Below are positions 23,958-31,691 of a stretch of DNA of 33,674 bases, piece after piece; positions within the stretch are counted from its first letter, which is position 1, and the number at the start of each line of letters is the position of its first letter. The DNA is taken from assembly GCA_018645535.1 (NCBI GenBank), contig JABGWN010000038.1:1-33674 (forward strand). The letters are read 5' to 3'. The notes below the pieces were generated by a model. The model was not told the DNA's origin and ran no database searches. It saw only the letters and a program-made list of their open reading frames with translations. This DNA is from Methanobacteriota archaeon. Lineage in GTDB: Archaea; Thermoplasmatota; Poseidoniia; Poseidoniales; Poseidoniaceae. Both the position numbers and the translations under genes were made by a program.

Positions 23958-25223
23958 ATGTCTAGCAATTCCTATGTTCGCTTGGTTAAAACCAATCGAA
24001 ACTACCGTAGATTTTGGCTAGCAGCTTTTGTGTCCATGTTTGGAGAATGGTTCAACACCATCGCACTCTTCGTAATAATTCTAAAATATACTGAATCGGA
24101 ATTACTCCTAGGTATTTTGATGGCAGTTCGGATGGGTTCATTTGCCCTTATGCAACCCCTTTTTGGTTTACTCGCTGATCGTGTAAACCGTAAGAAATTG
24201 ATGATAATCACGAATTTATTCCAAATCGGTTTAGCACTCGCATTTCTCGGTGTAAATGGTCCCGAAGATATGTGGTGGATGTTTACGGTCTCTGGTATTA
24301 TGATGGCTTTACACGGACTGTATGTTACAGCCGAAAGAGCAGCATTGCCGAATATTGTGAGTAAGGAAGATTTGGCTACTGCTAATGCACTAGATAGCGC
24401 TACATGGTCTACAGCATTATGTCTTGGCGCCTTTTCCGGTGGACTAGTCGTATCAGTCTTTGGTGAAAATGTAGCATTCATAATCGATTCAATTACATTT
24501 CTGTTTGGAACATTGATGTTACTTCCTCTTGTCATCCCCCAAACGTTTGATAAATCGAGTGAAGGATCCCTGATTAAGAGTTCTCTAAAGGACATATGGC
24601 TCGGTCAAAAGAGAATACAGAGTGAACCTCGTCTCTTACGAATTATCTTTGCTAAGACATCATGGAATATTGCAGGCGGAGGGCTCGCAGGAGTATTCCT
24701 CGTGTTAGCTGGAAATGAAATCACATTCGTAGGAACCGCTCTTGGATTTGGGATTTTCTTCTTTGCCCGTGGGATTGGCACTGGCATTGGGCCGATATTA
24801 GCCAGAAGTGTGTTTAAGGATTCTACTAAGTGGCCAAAGATGGTTGGATTACTAATTATTGTGAGTGGATTTTTCTATACTCTTGTTGGATTAAGCCTAG
24901 GAGGACCAATTTTATTGACACTTGCGCTTGTAACTTTAGCCCACACTGCTAGTGGCGGAAATTGGGTTCTGTCCACAGTACTTACGCAAGAATGGGTGGA
25001 GGATGAAATGAGAGGCCGTGTTTTCTCAACAGATATGCTTCTCATGTCAATAGGGCAAGTGATCTCAACTATTTCCGCAGGTTATTTGATTGAGGAAGGT
25101 GTTGTTAACCTTCAGCAAGGAATTCTGGCCTATTCGATTCTCATGGTAGTGAGTGGAATCATATTCACACTATGGAATCCTAAGAACCAAGGCAGACTTC
25201 GTGCAGACACTCTGGTGGCGTAA
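23958..25223 (+). CDS. MFS transporter (MFS_3/EntS-like subgroup)
   Basis: 421 aa, about 12 TM helices. The N-terminus NRNYRRFWLAAFVSMFGEWFN and loop GLLADRVNRKKLM are typical of this MFS subgroup. Starts 9 nt after the molybdoenzyme stop. Confidence 0.8.
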   Translation: MSSNSYVRLVKTNRNYRRFWLAAFVSMFGEWFNTIALFVIILKYTESELLLGILMAVRMGSFALMQPLFGLLADRVNRKKLMIITNLFQIGLALAFLGVNGPEDMWWMFTVSGIMMALHGLYVTAERAALPNIVSKEDLATANALDSATWSTALCLGAFSGGLVVSVFGENVAFIIDSITFLFGTLMLLPLVIPQTFDKSSEGSLIKSSLKDIWLGQKRIQSEPRLLRIIFAKTSWNIAGGGLAGVFLVLAGNEITFVGTALGFGIFFFARGIGTGIGPILARSVFKDSTKWPKMVGLLIIVSGFFYTLVGLSLGGPILLTLALVTLAHTASGGNWVLSTVLTQEWVEDEMRGRVFSTDMLLMSIGQVISTISAGYLIEEGVVNLQQGILAYSILMVVSGIIFTLWNPKNQGRLRADTLVA

Positions 25224-27066
25224 AGTAACGTCTGGAATCACTCGATTCATCGATGACATCGAGTTGAAGTGTTGAGGTTGCTCCTTCCTGAATAGTTACA
25301 AGGGAAGAAGTACTTGCTGGAAGATAATCCTCGCCTGTTGAAGTCAATGATAGACGAATAGTATGTCCTTCCAAGAGAACAGCATCAAGGGGCATAAATT
25401 CCATCTTCGCATTTATTGTTTCAAAAATCGGAGTCCAAGTTTGAATTTGATCTCCTCCAGCATGGTATCTCATATCCATGATTGCGTGTCCGATATGTAT
25501 GCATGAATTTTCGAAGCAATCCTCGAGTAATGCGTACAACTGTCCCCCAACAGTGGCAGTCGTAACATCGACATGGAGACGTGGTACTCCTGCAATTCGT
25601 ACGGTCTCAGTAAGTGGCTCAGTTTCCCATACAGGACCTGTCGAAGCATCTGGAAGCACTGTCAAGGACCCTCCAATATTAGATAACTCAGCTCCCAAAC
25701 TTCCAATCCATTCTGTCGTATCTGAAGGAGGGTATCGATCTTCAAGCCTCCATTCACCTAGGTTATCTTGTATCTCTATGTATTGACCAGGTTGTTCACC
25801 ACGATTTTGGAGATAGTATTCGAACCACTCATAGAGATCTTGCATCCAATCATATCGAATCATTTCAGGAAAAGCCTCGCCTCCGCGACCACCCATGTCA
25901 CTACGATCATCAAGTTGAATGGGACGATCTGGGTAATCATGGTCCCATTGACCGAATAGGCCCTTGGCTTCAATTCCTGCATCAATTAGCGAGTTCATCG
26001 TTGGAACCGCCATGTGCGGATCGACGTTCCAATCATGCATTCCTTGAATGAGATAAACTGAACCTTGATAATTCTCCAATACTCTGTCTAAGAAGTATCG
26101 TTCTGCCCAGTAGTCTCCAAATTGTTCAGAACCCAAGAGATAAGCACTCATTCCGGTACCGGGGCCGATGAGGTAATCTGGACATATGTTCTGATAATCT
26201 TCTTCATCTCCATCTAAACCATATGAACCATAAACACCGTTGTGCATAATGGGGGCGCGTGCTTCTGCGCTACCGTTCCTCCACATCAATTCCTTAACGC
26301 CGATAAGTCCTGAAATAGGTACAATCGTTTTCAGATAATCATGTTCTGCCCCAAACATAGCGGCTTGCCATGGAGTTGAGCCATCATAGGATTTACCAAT
26401 CAGGCCTACGTTGCCATTGCTCCAATTTTGCTCACCAAGCCAGCGAACAGCGGCATCATTTCCTAATTGTTCAGCAGTTCCCATAAGATCCATACAATGG
26501 TTCGAACGACCTGTACCTGCAACCGATACTTGTGCGAATGCATATCCATGAGGTAACATTTGTTCAACCATCATCGTTCCGAGCCAACTTCCAGGAACTT
26601 CAATAGTTGGAGTTTCAACAGATGGTTCTTGGAAATATGGTCCGAATTCCGCTATAACTGGAACAGTAATTCCGTCTGGTACATTTGGTCTCCATACAGC
26701 TAAACTAATCAATCCGTTTGGTGCAGCACCACCTTCTTCTAGGGGGAGGATATATTCAACAAAGTGATGCGTAGAATTCCATTCGTTTGGAGTTTCAAGA
26801 ATTTCATAAGGGCCAACCTCCAAAATATATCCAAAGTCTGTATCAACTGTATAGTCTTCGAGATAACGTTCCCAAATTGGAACATTCCCTTGTTCAGATG
26901 AACGATCTTGGACTACATTAACAAATGAATCGCCGAATAATGCAGATACGAATAGGAATACGAGACAAACAGCGATTGTGCTACCTAAAACAGCATTAAA
27001 TGATTGATTATCAGCCCTTTGGACCTTCGAGAAGTCCAATTTCTCATCATCACCATTAACGGTCAT
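25180..27066 (-). CDS. S15-family X-Pro dipeptidyl-peptidase / CocE-NonD-type hydrolase with N-terminal membrane anchor
   Basis: 628 aa. One N-terminal TM helix (AVLGSTIAVCLVFLFVSALF), alpha/beta catalytic domain with nucleophile motif GKSYDGS, and a C-terminal beta-sandwich-like region. Size and order match S15/CocE family members. Confidence 0.75.
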   Translation of the reverse strand: MTVNGDDEKLDFSKVQRADNQSFNAVLGSTIAVCLVFLFVSALFGDSFVNVVQDRSSEQGNVPIWERYLEDYTVDTDFGYILEVGPYEILETPNEWNSTHHFVEYILPLEEGGAAPNGLISLAVWRPNVPDGITVPVIAEFGPYFQEPSVETPTIEVPGSWLGTMMVEQMLPHGYAFAQVSVAGTGRSNHCMDLMGTAEQLGNDAAVRWLGEQNWSNGNVGLIGKSYDGSTPWQAAMFGAEHDYLKTIVPISGLIGVKELMWRNGSAEARAPIMHNGVYGSYGLDGDEEDYQNICPDYLIGPGTGMSAYLLGSEQFGDYWAERYFLDRVLENYQGSVYLIQGMHDWNVDPHMAVPTMNSLIDAGIEAKGLFGQWDHDYPDRPIQLDDRSDMGGRGGEAFPEMIRYDWMQDLYEWFEYYLQNRGEQPGQYIEIQDNLGEWRLEDRYPPSDTTEWIGSLGAELSNIGGSLTVLPDASTGPVWETEPLTETVRIAGVPRLHVDVTTATVGGQLYALLEDCFENSCIHIGHAIMDMRYHAGGDQIQTWTPIFETINAKMEFMPLDAVLLEGHTIRLSLTSTGEDYLPASTSSLVTIQEGATSTLQLDVIDESSDSRRYFTPPECLHEVCLGS

Positions 27067-27114
27067 TGGTTAGCCATCGCAGCCCTATTATTGAATCCGT
27101 CGAAGTATTGAGTT

Positions 27115-29178
27115 GTGAACAATCCTCAAAGGCCATCAATCCTACGCACACCTATGGATGAAGTGGGACGAATCGCAATGATACGTGCTGGATTACCTTC
27201 TCAGTTGCCAAAGCATCCGGGATTAGATGCTTCAGTAGACCATGCGCCTATTCGTAAACAAGTTCTTTCTCCTCAAGAAGAAAGGTTAGCCATAGAAAAT
27301 GCCCTTCGATATTTTCCAGAATCCGCACACAGTACACTCGGCCCGGAATTTCTTGAAGAATTACGGACTTATGGTCGCATTTACATGTATCGTTTCCGCC
27401 CAGATTGTGTGATTAGAGCGCTCCCTATTGACCAATATCAAGCCAATTCAATACAAGCAGCGGGTATTATGTTAATGATCGACAATAATCTTGATCCTTT
27501 GATTGCCCAATTCCCTAATGAACTGATTACATATGGTGGGAATGGCGCAGTATTTCAGAACTGGGCTCAATATTTACTGGTCATGAATTACCTTTCACAA
27601 ATGACTGATGAACAAACACTCGTCATCTATTCTGGCCATCCTCTCGGATTATTCCCTTCGAATAAAAGAGCTCCCCGCGTTGTTGTGACGAATGGTATGA
27701 TGATTCCGAATTACTCATCAGTAGACCACTACGAGCGATTAAACGCAATGGGTGTGACTCAATACGGTCAAATGACCGCTGGCTCGTACATGTATATCGG
27801 TCCCCAAGGTATCGTTCACGGTACAACAATTACGTTGATGAATGCGGCAAGAATGAAATTTGGTATTGCCGCAAATGGTAATCTGGGAGGATTATGTTTC
27901 GTTACCTCTGGATTAGGTGGAATGTCAGGGGCTCAAGCCAAGGCAGCAGTTATTGCAGGAGTGTCATGTATCGTAGCAGAATCAAACGCTATCGCCGCAA
28001 GAAAGCGTCATTCACAAGGGTGGGTTGAACAGATCTCAGAAGATGTTGACGAAGCGATCGATTTGATGCTTGAATCTGCAAACCAAAAGGTTGGCACATC
28101 TATTGGCTTCATTGGCAACATTGTCGAATTATGGGAACGCTTGGTTGAACGAGACGTCATGGTGCATTTGGGGAGCGACCAAACATCCCTGCACAATCCC
28201 TACCAGGGGGGATATTATCCTGCTAATTTATCCTTCGAAGAATCACAAGAACTCATGCATACTAGTCCTGATGAATTTAGATCTGCAGTACAATCAACTT
28301 TGCAAAGACATGTACTTGCAATAAATTCCATGTCTGAAAGAGGTATGTTCTTCTGGGATTATGGTAATGCATTCTTACTTGAAGCGGGGCGTGCAAAAGC
28401 AGATATTTTTAACAAACTCGGAGAATACAAATATCCATCTTACGTTGAAGATATCATGGGCCCATTGTGCTTTGACCGTGGATTTGGACCTTTCCGCTGG
28501 GTTTGTTCATCTGGATTAGCGATTGATTTGCAAGTTACAGATCAAATCGCCTCTGAAACGCTTTCAGAATTGTATGATGTAGAAACAGATGAAGATGTCA
28601 AACAACAAATACGGGATAATCTAAAATGGATTAGAGAAGCAGATTCTCATAAGTTAGTCGTTGGATCACAAGCCCGTATTCTCTACGCAGATGAACGCGG
28701 AAGAAATGCAATTGCAACTAGGTTCAACGAAGCAATTGCTGAAGGACGCATATCTGCTCCTGTAATTCTTGGAAGAGATCATCATGATGTTAGTGGAACC
28801 GATTCTCCATACAGGGAAACTGCGAATATCAGAGATGGTTCAAAATGGACAGCAGATATGGCTGTTCAGAATTTCATCGGAGATGCGATTCGAGGAGCTA
28901 CATGGGTTAGTTTACACAACGGCGGCGGCGTAGGTTGGGGCGAAGTCATGAATGGTGGTTTTGGGATGGTCATCGATGGCTCAGAGGACTCTAAAACAAA
29001 ACTTCAATCAATGCTTCATTGGGATGTAAACAATGGTGTTGCTCGCAGAGCATGGGCTCGAAATTCAGGTGCTGTATCTTCAATAAAAGAAGCAATGAAA
29101 ACGAATGCATCTCTCAAAGTTACGTTACCTAACTCTGTGGATAAAAATCTTCTTCAAGATATTTTCAAAGGTGAATAA
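27115..29178 (+). CDS. hutU: Urocanate hydratase, long (about 680 aa, eukaryote-like) form
   Basis: YGGNG.VFQNW.QY, SGHPLG.FP, MIPNYS, GQMTAGS(Y/W)MYIGPQGIVHGT, GLGGMSGAQ and LHNGGGVGWGE blocks are canonical urocanase motifs. At 687 aa it is clearly longer than the roughly 555-aa bacterial HutU as I remember it. Start is GTG 27115 or ATG 27154. Confidence 0.88.
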   Translation: MNNPQRPSILRTPMDEVGRIAMIRAGLPSQLPKHPGLDASVDHAPIRKQVLSPQEERLAIENALRYFPESAHSTLGPEFLEELRTYGRIYMYRFRPDCVIRALPIDQYQANSIQAAGIMLMIDNNLDPLIAQFPNELITYGGNGAVFQNWAQYLLVMNYLSQMTDEQTLVIYSGHPLGLFPSNKRAPRVVVTNGMMIPNYSSVDHYERLNAMGVTQYGQMTAGSYMYIGPQGIVHGTTITLMNAARMKFGIAANGNLGGLCFVTSGLGGMSGAQAKAAVIAGVSCIVAESNAIAARKRHSQGWVEQISEDVDEAIDLMLESANQKVGTSIGFIGNIVELWERLVERDVMVHLGSDQTSLHNPYQGGYYPANLSFEESQELMHTSPDEFRSAVQSTLQRHVLAINSMSERGMFFWDYGNAFLLEAGRAKADIFNKLGEYKYPSYVEDIMGPLCFDRGFGPFRWVCSSGLAIDLQVTDQIASETLSELYDVETDEDVKQQIRDNLKWIREADSHKLVVGSQARILYADERGRNAIATRFNEAIAEGRISAPVILGRDHHDVSGTDSPYRETANIRDGSKWTADMAVQNFIGDAIRGATWVSLHNGGGVGWGEVMNGGFGMVIDGSEDSKTKLQSMLHWDVNNGVARRAWARNSGAVSSIKEAMKTNASLKVTLPNSVDKNLLQDIFKGE

Positions 29179-29179
29179 A

Positions 29180-30754
29180 ATGATTAAACGAACGATTACT
29201 CTTGATGGAACAACTTTGACTTCATCTGAAGTTTTCGAAGTAGCCACAAATTTTTCTCTTGTGAAAATAGCGGAAGAATCAATGATTCGTGTAAGAAGTG
29301 CACGTTCTGTTGTCGATCGTATATTGCAGGAAGATGAGGTTGTCTACGGAATAAATACTGGTTTTGGTTCCTTGGTCAATACCCAAATCAATTCAGCAGA
29401 GCTAGAAACGCTCCAATTAAATTTGGTACGATCCCATGCGACTGGGTTAGGGGATTTGATGTCCGTAGAAGAGGTCCGTGCAATGATGTGTGTACGAATT
29501 AATTCGCTTGTAAAAGGAAATTCAGGATGCCACCCCGACGTAATTAACCAACTCGTAACATTTCTCAATATGGGAATACATCCAGTAGTACCTCGCATTG
29601 GAAGTTTAGGAGCTAGTGGTGATTTAGCACCTCTCTCCCATTTGGCTTTAGGATTGATTGGCGAAGGCTCAGTTTTGTTTAATGATGAGACACGGAATGC
29701 AAAAGATGTACTCATAGAATGCGAATTACTCCCACTGACATTACGTGCTAAAGATGGTCTTTCCTTGATTAATGGAACCAGTCAAATGACAGGATTCCTT
29801 TGTATTGCGCTAGAACAACTCAAGAACCTTCTCACATATTCTGATCTCGTTGCATGTATGTCGATCGATGCAACCGAGTCTACTCTTACCCCAATGGATG
29901 AGAGAGTACATCGAGCACGCCCTCATCCTGGCCAGATATTTGTTTCAAATAGAATACGCACGATTCTATCGGATTCATCAATTCTTACAACACATAAAAA
30001 TTGCAATCGAGTACAAGATCCGTATTCATTTCGTTGCATTCCACAAGTACATGGAGCAGTTTCCGAGACACTGCAACGTTTGAACGATGTAGTTCATACG
30101 GAATTAAATTCTGCAACGGATAATCCACTCATTTTCCCAGACATATCTAATCCCGGACGGCATGAAATAGTTTCACAAGGGAATTTCCATGGGGAGATTT
30201 TAGCATTAACAGCAGATGCAATGTCCTTGTCTTTGTTTGAAATCGCATCCATAAGCGAAAGGAGAATTGACCAGATGCTCGATCCTAATCGCTTGGCAAT
30301 CAAACCTTTTTTGGCAGAAGATGCAGGACTGGAATCAGGATTGATGATTGTCCAGTATTCCGCTGGTGCCTCGCTTGGTGAATTACACGGTCATGCTTCA
30401 CCGCGGACATCATTTTCCACAACAACATCTGCAGGGCAAGAAGATCACGTTAGTATGGGCTCAACTGCATGTTGGAATTTGCTTCAAGCAGTCCGTCGAG
30501 CCTCAGAAGTAGTAGCATGCGAACTCTTTGTAGCCAGGAGAGGTTTACATTTCATACACAATAAGTCATCAAAACAAATTGAAATTTTAGTTCGTTGTAT
30601 TGATACGATTGTTATCGATGATATATCTGATAGAACAACAAGTTCTGAATTAAGGGACATTGCTACGAAATTGATTCAATCGGCGTGGCTCTCTTTAATC
30701 GAGGCTGAGTCCAGCCGCATACCAAAATTAATCCAAGAAGTATCTCTGTTCTAA
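29180..30754 (+). CDS. hutH: Histidine ammonia-lyase
   Basis: MIO-forming motif GSLGASGDLAPLSHLA, NTGFGS, and NPL(I/V)F..... Q(G)NFHG blocks. The ATG at 29180 lies 1 nt after the hutU stop and follows aaaggtga. The track start at 29105 overlaps hutU and is rejected. Confidence 0.9.
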   Translation: MIKRTITLDGTTLTSSEVFEVATNFSLVKIAEESMIRVRSARSVVDRILQEDEVVYGINTGFGSLVNTQINSAELETLQLNLVRSHATGLGDLMSVEEVRAMMCVRINSLVKGNSGCHPDVINQLVTFLNMGIHPVVPRIGSLGASGDLAPLSHLALGLIGEGSVLFNDETRNAKDVLIECELLPLTLRAKDGLSLINGTSQMTGFLCIALEQLKNLLTYSDLVACMSIDATESTLTPMDERVHRARPHPGQIFVSNRIRTILSDSSILTTHKNCNRVQDPYSFRCIPQVHGAVSETLQRLNDVVHTELNSATDNPLIFPDISNPGRHEIVSQGNFHGEILALTADAMSLSLFEIASISERRIDQMLDPNRLAIKPFLAEDAGLESGLMIVQYSAGASLGELHGHASPRTSFSTTTSAGQEDHVSMGSTACWNLLQAVRRASEVVACELFVARRGLHFIHNKSSKQIEILVRCIDTIVIDDISDRTTSSELRDIATKLIQSAWLSLIEAESSRIPKLIQEVSLF

Positions 30755-31663
30755 CTCATCCAATCCTGTTAGTTGACGTATTCTAAATTGAGCTACTGAC
30801 CGTTCCTGAGAGTCAGTAACATTTTCGGAAACCCAATTATCGAGTTGCACTGCTCTACGTACTTTCTCTTCGATTAGATTGTAGGCTTGATACATGGAGT
30901 CTGTACTAGAGGCATAAAGAGCAGATTCGATCTCGGAAACATCCAATCCCATTCTACGCCATTGAAGCACTCTTCTTTGAAGTAAGGATTTCGAAAAACC
31001 ATTTTCAGGTAACCGTGTAAGAAATAATAATTTGGGAGTTCCATCGTCGTGTAGTTCAATTTCTAAGTTTTCTGATTTTTGTATTCCGATGAAATCAATA
31101 GGCTCATCTTCTATTGAATCCATTTCATCCTCCCAAACGATGTTTAGAATGGGCGCTTCTCTCGTAATTTGATTTAATTCAATTGAACTGAATGAACTTT
31201 CATTGACGGAGAGATATATACTCCAATAAGTGCGGTGTACGGAATCTGAAAGAGTTCGGATAAAACCGAGTAATGAATCGAAACCATGTAAAGATGAAAG
31301 CCATTCTAATCCCTCTAAGAAAATAGTTCCTTTATGATTAGCCAATCTATTTGAGATCAATGATAGCAATGTGTTGTAACTTGGTGGAATCGTACCTTCA
31401 CCTGCTCGATCCGTAAGCCAATAAGTCTCAATATCAATAATATCTAAACGTTCAATTAGTCTTCGCGGTGGCATTCTTGAGATGAAGACTCTGTGAGACG
31501 TCTCTTCATAATCAATCCTATCGAATGCCGATACAAAATCTTCGGTGGATGATAAAAGGAGTGTATGAATTTGGCCTGCCACAATATCGCCTTGAAACCA
31601 CGAGAACACAAGAGATACATAGGTTTCATCGTTAGAATCTTCGTGAAGGATTATAATCGCCAA
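30728..31663 (-). CDS. Cytoplasmic DUF835-like (KaiC/RecA-fold-related) protein with an uncharacterised helical C-terminal domain
   Basis: 311 aa, no TM helix. YWLTDR....TIPPSYNTLLSLI......GTIFLEGLEWL....GFDSLLGFIRTLSDSV......IYLSV......S.IELNQITREA follows the remembered DUF835 pattern (WLT; i.P..L..L; v.ldglEyL; gF..vlkFl..L.D). The C-terminal roughly 110 aa (LLQRRVLQWRRMGLDVSEIESAL...) is helical and unassigned. Confidence 0.5.
   Translation of the reverse strand: MAIIILHEDSNDETYVSLVFSWFQGDIVAGQIHTLLLSSTEDFVSAFDRIDYEETSHRVFISRMPPRRLIERLDIIDIETYWLTDRAGEGTIPPSYNTLLSLISNRLANHKGTIFLEGLEWLSSLHGFDSLLGFIRTLSDSVHRTYWSIYLSVNESSFSSIELNQITREAPILNIVWEDEMDSIEDEPIDFIGIQKSENLEIELHDDGTPKLLFLTRLPENGFSKSLLQRRVLQWRRMGLDVSEIESALYASSTDSMYQAYNLIEEKVRRAVQLDNWVSENVTDSQERSVAQFRIRQLTGLDELEQRYFLD
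31649..31658. promoter_or_regulatory. Perfect 10-bp palindrome GATTATAATC, a candidate TATA element for the 31692 gene located inside the first codons of the divergent gene
   Basis: gattataatc equals its own reverse complement. Its centre lies about 39 nt upstream of ATG 31692, and ggtga sits at 31680-31684. The annotated spacer between the two divergent start codons is only 28 nt (31664-31691) and has no AT-rich element. Confidence 0.3.
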
Positions 31664-31691
31664 GGTGTTGAGTTAGACCGGTGACGATGGT

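Noticed and set aside
24002-24595. 197-aa ORF antisense to the MFS transporter gene
   Set aside because: The sense frame gives a canonical 12-TM MFS protein. The antisense product has no motifs or start context, which is typical of shadow ORFs opposite hydrophobic (GNN/NTN-rich) genes.
29105-29179. Upstream extension of the hutH ORF into hutU
   Set aside because: The ATG at 29180 gives the canonical HAL N-terminus (MIKRTITLDG..L) and has an aaaggtga Shine-Dalgarno-like site. The extension, MHLSKLRYLTLWIKIFF.., is an out-of-frame read of the hutU 3' end.
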